From Candidatus Latescibacterota bacterium (GTDB taxonomy: Bacteria; Krumholzibacteriota; Krumholzibacteriia; WVZY01; JAKEHA01), in assembly GCA_963707635.1 (NCBI GenBank), contig OY970173.1, forward strand, positions 736,001 through 800,000: 64,000 nucleotides of DNA, in the 5' to 3' direction. The position numbers and the translations under genes were made by a program. The notes under the pieces were generated by a model. The model had not been told where the DNA came from and ran no database searches. It worked only from the letters and a program-made list of their open reading frames with translations. This document shows positions 52,935 to 61,505 of this stretch, one piece after another. Each line of letters begins with the position of its first letter. Position 1 is the first letter of the stretch.

Positions 52935-53409
52935 ATGTTTGTGTGGGTTCCATGGGTCGATGTTGCGGCAATGTCGTTGCTCGCCGCTTCAGATAGAGAA
53001 CTATCTCGGGAAGATCTCGGGGCCGCTATTGGATCGGATCGCGATTCATGTGGCGGTGAGACCGGTGGATGTCGAGGCGTGGTCTGGCTCGAGCGACACG
53101 ACGCGTCTCACGAGCGCCGCGATGCGGGAGATGGTGGCGCGGGCGCGAGAGATTCAGGCGCGACGCTTCGCCGACACGAACGGTGTCGATTGCAATGCGC
53201 GCATCACGGAAGGAATGTTCGCCACCTTCTGCGCGATGGAGCCGTCGGCGGAAACGTTGTTTGTGCGTGCGCAGAAGTCGCTCCTCGTGAGCGCGCGGGC
53301 GAGAGGTCACATCGTCCGGGTCGCGCGCACGATTGCGGACTTGGAGAGAAGCGAGCGAATAGCCGAGCGACACATCGCGGAGGCGGTTGGGTATCGTGGA
53401 AGGGCGTAA
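52921..53409 (+). CDS. ComM C-terminal fragment, copy 5
   Basis: MATNPCLCGFHGS...HIAEAVGYRGRA; open frame. Confidence 0.85.
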   Translation: MATNPCLCGFHGSMLRQCRCSPLQIENYLGKISGPLLDRIAIHVAVRPVDVEAWSGSSDTTRLTSAAMREMVARAREIQARRFADTNGVDCNARITEGMFATFCAMEPSAETLFVRAQKSLLVSARARGHIVRVARTIADLERSERIAERHIAEAVGYRGRA

Positions 53410-53485
53410 GTATATCGGGGGAAAGATCGACGAGGCGTCCTCCTCCGGCACGCACGACCCGTTCACTGTGGAAAGCCCTGCGCAG

Positions 53486-55882
53486 CTACTTAAGCAACAG
53501 CATTTTCCGCGACAACGTTGTCTTGCCTGTACTCAGTCGGTAGAAATAGATGCCAGATGCAACGGGCCTTCCCGAATCATTCTGGCCATCCCAGATCGCC
53601 TCATGCGTGCCGGCTTGAGTCATTCGATTCACGAGTGTCCGCACCAGCGATCCGTCAGTAGAATAAACACGAAGTTTGACCAACGATGCTGCGGGCACAA
53701 TGTACCGGATACTCGTGAGGGGATTGAATGGATTTGGACGGTTCTGCAGCAGTTCCGCTGCGAGCGGTGGCATCGATACTTCAACCGGGACCGACAAGGA
53801 GGAACCGGAGTCGATCAGTGCTTCCAGGGTGTAAGTGTACGTGAAGCCAGGTCTCGCAGTCTCGTCAATGTAACTTCTCGCTTGCGGATCAAGGAGGTTC
53901 GGTTCGAACTCCAGGCCTTCAGATTGCAGGCGATGCACCCTGAACCCATTCACACGCTCATCCGCCTGCACTGACCACGTCAGCCGGACGCCGGTTGACG
54001 TCGCGCGCGCATCGAAAGAGGTGATCAAAACGGCGACGGGGTACTCCGGTTCGCGGCGCAGAATCGCGCCACCACTTCCAACCATTGTTCCGGCATCAGC
54101 GCCGGTCATGCAGATGCCGAAAATGTCGCCAAGATAGCTCCCCGCCATGCCGCTGCGTTGCCATTTCCAGGTCAGGCCGCCGTCGGTCGTAAACCTCACG
54201 TCGCCCCATTCGCCCACTGCGGTGCCGTTCAATAAGTCGCCGAACCAGACGTCGTTGAGGTTCCGATGGGTTCCGGTTTGGACACGCGTCCACGTATTGC
54301 ACCCATCCGTCGTGCGAACAATGGTTCCGTTGTCGCCGACGACCACGCCCGTATTCGCATCGAGGAAGAAAACCGCGTTGTACGACTGACGCCATGGAAT
54401 GAGTGACTGGACCCAGGTCGCCCCTCCGTCGGTCGTTCGTATCAGGTTTTGAATCCATCCAACAACAATGGCAACTCCGTCCACGGCACAGACATCGGTG
54501 TAAAGGGAGAGCGGCGTATTTGTCTGCGGCGTCCAGGTTACGCCTCCATCGGATGTCTTGTAGACTTCGTTCCAACCAGCGATGTACCCGGTCTGTGCGT
54601 CATCGAACGACACGGAATAGAGGGGAGATGTCGTGTCGCGGGTCCGACGCGTCCAGGTGTTACCGCCGTCGTTCGTGCGAATAATGTAGCCGTCGTCTCC
54701 GACGGCGTGACCATGATCGGGATCCGTAAAGTGGACGCCACGCAGCCTCGAGGCAATGCCGCTCGTCTGCGGCGTCCATGACACGCCGCCATCCTCGGTG
54801 CGATAGATAGCGCCGTTGTCGCCAACAACAGTTCCCTGCAGACCGTCCAGAAAATGGACCCCATGGATGCCGCTATATGTGAAGCTCCTGGACATCTGCT
54901 CCCAGCTTGCACCGTCATCTACGGAACGAAGGATGATCCCGTTGTCACCCACGGCCAGCGACACCGAGCCGTTCGACGCGATGCCGTGCAGGGCGCGTTC
55001 GGTATTGCTGATGCTGGTGATCCAGCTGGTGCCGCCGTTCGAGGTACGAATGATCCGCCCGCCGTAGCCGACGGCGATGGCGCGGGTGGAATCGATTTGG
55101 ACTACGGATCCCAGGATCTGTTGGGTCGTTACGGGCTGGGAAGACCATGTCAGCCCGCCGTCGGTCGTGCGCACCACCATTCCTGGCCCCCCGGTTGCCG
55201 TGCCGTTCGCGGCATCGGAGAAGGAAACGGAACGCAGGTCGGTCTGATACGATCCAACGTACTGGTTTGACCACGTCAGCCCACCGTCGGCGGAGAGATA
55301 GACAGCGGCTGTCATGAAGCCCGTATCCCAATCGGTGATGCCGCCGGCGGCGATGATCTGATTGATCCCCAAGACCCAGAAGTCAACGACCGTGAATTCG
55401 GGAGGGAGAACGCGCGTCTGCCACGTTGCGCCTCCATCGTCGGTCCGGATCAGGTTGTTGTAGTAGTCCGACACGAAACCGGTCACGCCATCCAGAAGGA
55501 ACACAGCCTCCAACTGGGTCGGCGCCGGACTTGGCGCGAAGTCCCAATGTGCGCCGCCGTCGAAAGTCCGTAGCACGACATTGCCGCTTCCCACGGCAAG
55601 GCCGATGCTGGTTGTCCCGAAGGAAACGTCGCGAACATACATGGTGGTACGTGTGTCGATATCCGTCCACGTCAGTCCAGCATCGCTGGATCGAATCAGC
55701 GTACCGCCGTCACCGACAACGATTACAGTGTGGTTGTCCAGAAACGTGGCGGCTCGCAGGGTACTTCCGGTGGGTTGGGGATTCTGCCAGCCCCAGGGGG
55801 GCTCAGCGGCATGAAGCGGAAAAGAGACAAACGATGCGATACAGAGGGTGAGACTCAAAGCGGGCAATGAAAAGCATCGCAT
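53486..55882 (-). CDS. YCF48/BNR-repeat secreted protein with C-terminal FlgD-Ig-type domain
   Basis: Signal peptide; many VGxxGxIxRTxDGGxTW repeats; QNRPNPFNP...WDGQND...SGIYFYRL...RKMLLLK. Confidence 0.88.
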   Translation of the reverse strand: MRCFSLPALSLTLCIASFVSFPLHAAEPPWGWQNPQPTGSTLRAATFLDNHTVIVVGDGGTLIRSSDAGLTWTDIDTRTTMYVRDVSFGTTSIGLAVGSGNVVLRTFDGGAHWDFAPSPAPTQLEAVFLLDGVTGFVSDYYNNLIRTDDGGATWQTRVLPPEFTVVDFWVLGINQIIAAGGITDWDTGFMTAAVYLSADGGLTWSNQYVGSYQTDLRSVSFSDAANGTATGGPGMVVRTTDGGLTWSSQPVTTQQILGSVVQIDSTRAIAVGYGGRIIRTSNGGTSWITSISNTERALHGIASNGSVSLAVGDNGIILRSVDDGASWEQMSRSFTYSGIHGVHFLDGLQGTVVGDNGAIYRTEDGGVSWTPQTSGIASRLRGVHFTDPDHGHAVGDDGYIIRTNDGGNTWTRRTRDTTSPLYSVSFDDAQTGYIAGWNEVYKTSDGGVTWTPQTNTPLSLYTDVCAVDGVAIVVGWIQNLIRTTDGGATWVQSLIPWRQSYNAVFFLDANTGVVVGDNGTIVRTTDGCNTWTRVQTGTHRNLNDVWFGDLLNGTAVGEWGDVRFTTDGGLTWKWQRSGMAGSYLGDIFGICMTGADAGTMVGSGGAILRREPEYPVAVLITSFDARATSTGVRLTWSVQADERVNGFRVHRLQSEGLEFEPNLLDPQARSYIDETARPGFTYTYTLEALIDSGSSLSVPVEVSMPPLAAELLQNRPNPFNPLTSIRYIVPAASLVKLRVYSTDGSLVRTLVNRMTQAGTHEAIWDGQNDSGRPVASGIYFYRLSTGKTTLSRKMLLLK

Positions 55883-56033
55883 CGAAGCGGCCCCATCTGC
55901 GGCTTAATGCAGCGAAATTGTACCACTCCAAGAGGGAACCTGCAACCTTCCGATTCTATCCCGCGCCTGAACCGTTTGTGAAGGGATTGGAAATGAAGAA
56001 GCTAGGGGGCAACCTGCCCCGCCCGACAATCTC

Positions 56034-56065
56034 CCCTAAAGAAGCAGCAAAATGGCAACGAACCC
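56034..56065 (+). repeat. Conserved attachment-arm repeat 5
   Basis: CCCTAAAGAAGCAGCAAAATGGCAAC|GAACCC. Confidence 0.88.
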
Positions 56066-56546
56066 CTGTTTGTGCGGATTCCATGGGTCGACGATTCGGC
56101 AGTGCCGTTGCTCGCCGCTTCAGATTGAGAACTACTTGGGGAAGATCTCGGGGCCGTTGCTGGATCGGATTGCGATTCACGTGAGCGTGCGGCCGGTGGA
56201 CGTGGAAGCGTGGTCGGGTGTCGATGGTGTGACGCGCATGACGAGTGCCGCGATGCGGGAGATGGTGGCGCGTGCGCGCGAGATTCAAACGCAGCGCTTC
56301 GCCGACACGAACGGCGTCGACTGCAACGCGCGCATTCCCGAAGGAATGTTTGCAGCGCACTGCGCAATGGAAGCTACCGCTGAGGCGTTGTTCGTGCGGG
56401 CGCAGAAATCGCTCCTTGTGAGTGCGCGGGCGCGCGGTCACATCGTGCGAGTCGCACGGACGATTGCAGACCTCGAGGGAACGGAGAAGATTGCGGAGCG
56501 TCACATCGCGGAGGCGATCGGGTATCGGGGGAGGGATTCACGGTAG
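56052..56546 (+). CDS. ComM C-terminal fragment, copy 6
   Basis: MATNPCLCGFHGS...HIAEAIGYRGRDSR; open frame. Confidence 0.85.
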   Translation: MATNPCLCGFHGSTIRQCRCSPLQIENYLGKISGPLLDRIAIHVSVRPVDVEAWSGVDGVTRMTSAAMREMVARAREIQTQRFADTNGVDCNARIPEGMFAAHCAMEATAEALFVRAQKSLLVSARARGHIVRVARTIADLEGTEKIAERHIAEAIGYRGRDSR

Positions 56547-56665
56547 TGATCGAGCTTTCTGTCGCCGCCGCGGTCGTTCCGGGCGGTTGACGTGCATCTT
56601 CCTCAAGCCTTCAACTACGCGCGGGGCAACCTCAGCTTCACCATCAACGGAAGGGAGCACTCACC

Positions 56666-57073
56666 ATGTGGGCTCAAGCAACCCAGAAAGCACATGGATT
56701 GCGTCGTATCGGGTGCCATCGTCCTGACCCTTGGGGAGGCCTATGGCTTCCGGAGGCCCATGCGAACCCCGGCACAACGCTCGATCCGCAGAACCCGAAC
56801 GCGACGTTCACGCAGGAAGGCAGTCAAACGTTCACACTGGGGCCGGTGTTGTTGCTCACAGACCAGTCGTTGTCCGACTTCGTCGCGTTCTTCGCGCCCG
56901 ATGCGGATGCGGCTCCGGGCACGTTCTCGTCGGTCGAGTTTGGTTGCCGCAGCGTCGAGGCGCAGTCCAGCGTGGAGTACGCAGCCTTCCGTTCGAGCCT
57001 CGTCGCACCGCTGGCGGTAGAGACGACAACATGGGGTCGAATGAAAGCATTGTATAGAACGGACCGACCGTGA
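56666..57073 (+). CDS. Small protein with C-terminal TWGxxKALY motif (N-terminus possibly frameshifted)
   Basis: GGGAG RBS; ends AVETTTWGRMKALYRTDRP; hydrophobic VVSGAIVLTLG lies in another frame. Confidence 0.6.
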   Translation: MWAQATQKAHGLRRIGCHRPDPWGGLWLPEAHANPGTTLDPQNPNATFTQEGSQTFTLGPVLLLTDQSLSDFVAFFAPDADAAPGTFSSVEFGCRSVEAQSSVEYAAFRSSLVAPLAVETTTWGRMKALYRTDRP

Positions 57074-57137
57074 CGGAATCTGGAGGACATCATTTGTCGG
57101 TACGGGTTGCGACGGCGTAAGCATCGGCGGGCGTTAC

Positions 57138-57283
57138 CGGATGCGGTTCACGTCGCGGTGCGACCTGTGGATGTGGAGGCGTGGGCGGGTACCGACGGTG
57201 CGGCGCGAATGACGAGTGCCGTGATGCGCGAGATGGTCGTGCGGGCACAGAAGACGTTGCTCGTGAGCGCACGGGCGCGTGGC
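57138..57283 (+). pseudogene. Decayed, internally deleted ComM C-terminal fragment, copy 7
   Basis: HVAVRPVDVEAWAG...MTSAVMREMVVRA|QKTLLVSARARG; middle missing, no arm. Confidence 0.8.
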
Positions 57284-57315
57284 GCTGGCCGCGGGGGCTG
57301 TCGGTCATGGTCTTA

Positions 57316-59802
57316 TCACCTCCCAACGAGAACGAAGGATGCCCAGTAGTAAGGATGTTCGTATGGCCGTTCACCGCTGCGGTCGCGCCACTGGCGGAGC
57401 CACATTCTGGCGTCGCGCAGCGCGTCGGCCTTGGTCAAGCGGGTGGCGCTGTTTGCGCCCAGCCAGTTGGAGTAGAAGCGGCCCATGAGAAGCGCGGTCG
57501 CCTCATCGTTCACCGGCCAGCGGCTCGCCAGCAGACAGTGCGATCCGGCGCGCAGGAGTGGATACGCGAAGCCAACAGTCCCCTCGCCGAACACGTTGCG
57601 CCCCAGGGCGGTCTCGCATGCGCTCAGCGTGACAAGCTCCGCATTGAGCCGCCAGTGACCGATCTCCTCGGCCGTCACGACTCCGATGTCCGGTGTCTTC
57701 GCAGCCTTCGCAGCGTGAACCTGCGCGAGCACGAGCGCAGAACGTTCCGGCTTGATGTCGTCGACCAGCGCATGGGTGGCGAAGTGAATGATGTCAAAGT
57801 GCCCGAGGTCGCCGCCGGCAGCGAGCTTCGTCAGCGCCTGGCGCGAGGCGTCGGCCCCGACGAGAGTGGTCGACTCCGGGAGCAACGCTGCAATCGTCTC
57901 GATCTCGCCACGGGACCACGGCAGGCGGGGAAGTGCCGCGAGTGCGGCCGGGTCGCGTTTGACTGCGCCGCGCAGCGTGGACGAGTCGACGCGCGAGCGT
58001 GAGGCGGTTTCCGTCGCCGGTGGCGTCCACACTGCCAGGTGTTCTGCCCGGAAGGGAGGATCGCCGACCAGCAGACCGGATCGCGGCGTTTTCTCGACGC
58101 CGCGCGATTGCTCGCAGAGCCATGCGTAGATGGACGCCGACGGTGCCTGCCGAATCGCGAAGCGCTCGCCAGCGAACTTTCCCGACTCGTCCACCAGCGC
58201 GTCGAGCGGGAGCGACGACATAGCATCGGAAGGGATCACGATCAATCCACGCACGCCTTCCAGTTGTCGCGCGAGAGGGGCAAGGCGGTCGTTCCAGATC
58301 TGTTGGGCGTCGCCGCGCGGGAAGTCGTCGCCGCCAAACGCCGAATAGCCGGCGTCCACAATCGCGTCGCGGAAGCGTGCATAGCGCTGCGCGCGTGTGA
58401 ACACACGCTCGGCGGGCGTCACGGGCAAGCGCACCCATTGCACGAGCCCGGTCGAGCGAATCACGTATGCATACGCGCGCGGTGTCCCTTCGGGCAGTTC
58501 GTGGTCGAGCCAACCCACAATCGCTTCGTCGGCGCGCAACGACTTGCGTACACGCGCGAGCGCGAAGGGCACCGTATCGCCAAGGAGCGAGTCGCTCAGA
58601 AGACGCCCGCGTGCGCTCTCGATGTCCTCCCATGCTTCTTCGGGGCGATTCAGTTGCACACGGCAGATGGTCCGTGACTCGTACGGAGTATTCACGAAGG
58701 TTGCCGGTCGCGTGCCCGGTCCGGTCCGGAGGCGCGCCGCTTCGAAACCCGCGACCGCGCTGTCGAAGTAGGCCTCCGCGCCCCGAAAGTCTCCGCGGCC
58801 AGCCGGTGAATCGCCAAGTTGCGTGTAGCAGCGGATGACCTGCTCGTGGCCGCGCGGGTAATTCATGGCCAGAAGACGCTCCAATGCACCCTGAAGATAT
58901 CTCTCCCCTTCGTCGTAGCGGCCGTTCCAGTTGGCGATGCGCCCGCGGTAGTGGCCGATGATGTGCTGCGTCTGCTTCACGTTCCCGCCCTTGCTCCGCA
59001 GCGCCTCGGCGCGCGCGGTGGCCTGGTCGAGCAGGCTGTCGGCGCTCTCCAGCCTGCGCAACAGGCCATACGTGAGCGCCAGATTGTCGGTTGCCTCCAG
59101 CGATTGCACCGAGTCGTCCGGATAGAGCACTCGACAGTCACGCACGTTGCTGCGAAACAGGCGTGCGGCTTCCTCGTGGCGCAGGAGCTCGTTGTAGACC
59201 AGCGCGAGCATGTTGCGATACCCGATCAGCTCCATGGAGACGCCGGGCTGGCGCTCGAGCGTCACGAGGCCCTCATTGAGCAGATCGATCGCATCCTGCT
59301 TCTCCCCCTGAAAGCGCAGGAGCTTGGCCAGGTTGAACAGACCGTAGAGAACGCGCGGGTCGGCGGAGTCGGGGAGTTTCCTGACGATGACGACGGCGTC
59401 GCGCGCGGCTCGTTCGGCGGCCTCGAAGTCGCCCATCCTCTGGTAAACGCTCGAAAGCGCAAACATGGGTTCCACCAGCAGCTCGTGATCGGGACCCAGA
59501 CGAGCCCGGCGGAGGGCGATCGACTCCTCCAGGCATGCGAGCGCACTCTCGTTCCGGGAATCGTCGGCCAGGTACGTGCCAAGATCGTGGAGCGCGGTGG
59601 CGAGTTCGAGCGAATCGGCTTCCGACCGCCGCCGCGCGACTTCCTTCCCGGCGTGGTCGATGGCGAGGACCAATTCACCGCGCTCGTATTGCGCGCGGTG
59701 CGTGGTGCGAAGTGTGTCCGCCTCGGTGCTCGCACGGGCCGGTGCGGCGATTGCGCCGATGGCGAGCAGCACCAGCGCCGGGATGATCCGAGTGGAACTC
59801 AT
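57316..59802 (-). CDS. TPR + CHAT (caspase-like) domain protein with signal peptide
   Basis: TPR repeats; LIVIPSD..LP.DAL, IIHFATHA, VTLSACETALG, SRWPVND, HPYYWASF. Confidence 0.92.
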   Translation of the reverse strand: MSSTRIIPALVLLAIGAIAAPARASTEADTLRTTHRAQYERGELVLAIDHAGKEVARRRSEADSLELATALHDLGTYLADDSRNESALACLEESIALRRARLGPDHELLVEPMFALSSVYQRMGDFEAAERAARDAVVIVRKLPDSADPRVLYGLFNLAKLLRFQGEKQDAIDLLNEGLVTLERQPGVSMELIGYRNMLALVYNELLRHEEAARLFRSNVRDCRVLYPDDSVQSLEATDNLALTYGLLRRLESADSLLDQATARAEALRSKGGNVKQTQHIIGHYRGRIANWNGRYDEGERYLQGALERLLAMNYPRGHEQVIRCYTQLGDSPAGRGDFRGAEAYFDSAVAGFEAARLRTGPGTRPATFVNTPYESRTICRVQLNRPEEAWEDIESARGRLLSDSLLGDTVPFALARVRKSLRADEAIVGWLDHELPEGTPRAYAYVIRSTGLVQWVRLPVTPAERVFTRAQRYARFRDAIVDAGYSAFGGDDFPRGDAQQIWNDRLAPLARQLEGVRGLIVIPSDAMSSLPLDALVDESGKFAGERFAIRQAPSASIYAWLCEQSRGVEKTPRSGLLVGDPPFRAEHLAVWTPPATETASRSRVDSSTLRGAVKRDPAALAALPRLPWSRGEIETIAALLPESTTLVGADASRQALTKLAAGGDLGHFDIIHFATHALVDDIKPERSALVLAQVHAAKAAKTPDIGVVTAEEIGHWRLNAELVTLSACETALGRNVFGEGTVGFAYPLLRAGSHCLLASRWPVNDEATALLMGRFYSNWLGANSATRLTKADALRDARMWLRQWRDRSGERPYEHPYYWASFVLVGR

Positions 59803-60671
59803 TTCTCGATGTTCCCGAGCAGTTCACGTGCGTGGTCAGCGCGCCCGCGATCCAGCTCGACGACGTCGACCAGTGCGAGCTTCGCGGCCGGAATATCGTT
59901 CAGCGCGAGCCTGGCATTCGCGAGCTGCCAGAGAGCCTCCTCACGCAGTGCCGGCGCATCCGCGGTGGCCACGGCGGCTTCCAGGTGCGTGGCGGCATGC
60001 GCGAAGTTGCCAGCCAGCGATTCGGATGATCCCAGGTAGAGGAGCATCTCTGCGTCACCGGGCTTGAGGCCGAGCGCTTCCTCGAGCGCGGCACGCGCGC
60101 CGGCGTAATCGCCGTCGCGGTAGAGCTCGAGCCCGCGCAGTCGCGCTGCCTCGAACGTGCCCGGCTCGACAGCGCTGCGACTGATGCGAACGGGAAGCGG
60201 TTCGATGCTCGCAAGCGCCGTGTAGTCGACTGGGTCGCGCGAACCCCTCGGCAGGAAGATCACCGTTGCGATCACGGCCGCGGCTGCCACGGTGACCGCG
60301 GGCCACCATCTTCTCGCGAAGGACAGCACTGCCCGCCGTCTACTGTTTTCGTCCACGTCCTCGCCGCCTGGCATCTCGTCTTCCTCTCCCGCCGACGCCC
60401 ATTCCAGTTCGCGGCGACAACTCTCGCACGTGTCGAGGTGCTGCTGTTCCGCCGGTGTGGCCGTGTCGCGGTTCCCCGACAGTGCGATGATGCGGTCGGG
60501 GCGGATGTGGGCCAGTCCCTGTGCCAGCGCTTCCGCCTGCAACTTCATCGCGAACGCGAGAGCAGCCCCGCATTCACTGCACCGGTCACGATGCATCTCG
60601 ACCTCGCGGCGCTGCTCCGGCGTCAGCCGGTTCTCGAGATAGTCGGCCATCTGCTCGAGGATGTGGTTCAT
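59799..60671 (-). CDS. Anti-sigma factor: tandem zf-HC2, TM helix, TPR
   Basis: HRDRCSEC and HLDTCESC; TM segment; TPR-like C-terminus; overlaps sigma stop and CHAT start. Confidence 0.82.
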   Translation of the reverse strand: MNHILEQMADYLENRLTPEQRREVEMHRDRCSECGAALAFAMKLQAEALAQGLAHIRPDRIIALSGNRDTATPAEQQHLDTCESCRRELEWASAGEEDEMPGGEDVDENSRRRAVLSFARRWWPAVTVAAAAVIATVIFLPRGSRDPVDYTALASIEPLPVRISRSAVEPGTFEAARLRGLELYRDGDYAGARAALEEALGLKPGDAEMLLYLGSSESLAGNFAHAATHLEAAVATADAPALREEALWQLANARLALNDIPAAKLALVDVVELDRGRADHARELLGNIEK

Positions 60672-61186
60672 TCCGGTTTCCCCCCGGCGATGTCCATCGC
60701 CTTGCGAAGGCAGCGGGTGACCTTGACTCGCACCGACGACTCGAGCATATCGAGCTCGGCGGCAATTTCGGAGTAGGGCACACCGTGCAGGTACACCTGC
60801 TCGAGCAAACGAGCGCACTCGGGGGGCAATTTTTCGAGCAGGTTACGGACGTCGATTGCGTGTCCGGGATTGTGCGGCACGAGGTCCTCGCGGGCGAGAG
60901 ATTGCTCGCGGTTGCGGCGCCTCGTCGCCCGGCGCACCGCCTGGAGGACGGTGCTTCGGACGATGGCGAAGAGGTATCCCTCTTCGGAACCCGTCCCGCT
61001 GAACTGGTGGAGACCGACCGAGAAGAAGCGCGCGCTGGCTTCCTGGGCGACGTCCTCCCAGTCCACCTCGGCGCCGCCCGGACCTCCGCGACGGCAGACC
61101 GCGCGGGCGATCCGGCGGATGGTCTGGTCGATCTCCGCCTGGGCGGCGCGGTCGCCGAGCCGTGCTTGCTGGAACAGGGGGCGCAT
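60668..61186 (-). CDS. ECF RNA polymerase sigma factor
   Basis: GDRAA, WEDVAQEA, YLFAIVRS, LEKLPPEC...YSEIAAELDMLESSVRVKVTRC. Confidence 0.88.
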   Translation of the reverse strand: MRPLFQQARLGDRAAQAEIDQTIRRIARAVCRRGGPGGAEVDWEDVAQEASARFFSVGLHQFSGTGSEEGYLFAIVRSTVLQAVRRATRRRNREQSLAREDLVPHNPGHAIDVRNLLEKLPPECARLLEQVYLHGVPYSEIAAELDMLESSVRVKVTRCLRKAMDIAGGKPE

Positions 61187-61505
61187 TCATCGCTCCGCAG
61201 CAGGGGACGTGAACGGCTAATCGGAGGAGCAATGCAGTAAACCATACCCCAATCCATCCTCGCAAGAACAAACACGACAGAGAGTTAACGCGCCAGTACC
61301 GGACCCGCCGACCCGGCTTTCCGTCTTCGATCATTCAATGGGTAGACGCCGCCGCATGTGCGTTCGCTGCGGGAAATCGAAGCGGTCGGTGTGAAAGAGC
61401 GGCTCTTCGTGAAGCGAAATCCCGATGCGTGACATCTCCACTCATGTGCGCACCGATCCAGAAGGCTCGACCTACGCACACCCAACCCGAACCCTGGAGG
61501 TTGTC

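Larger units (their letters stand above)
37898..57283 (+). mobile_element. Tandem array of integrase-less cassettes inserted in comM
   Basis: GAACCC junctions at 37898, 43811, 45781, 50741, 52929 and 56060 give units of 5913, 1970, 4960, 2188 and 3131 bp, each [comM 3' end + cargo + conserved arm]; decayed extra copy at 57138-57283. Confidence 0.85.

Noticed and set aside
43785..56065. The 32-bp arm repeats as a CRISPR array
   Set aside because: Spacing is 2-5 kb with genes between, and no cas genes are present.
43803..56546. comM repeats as a diversity-generating retroelement (TR/VR)
   Set aside because: Differences are not adenine-specific, many are synonymous, and no reverse transcriptase is in the window.
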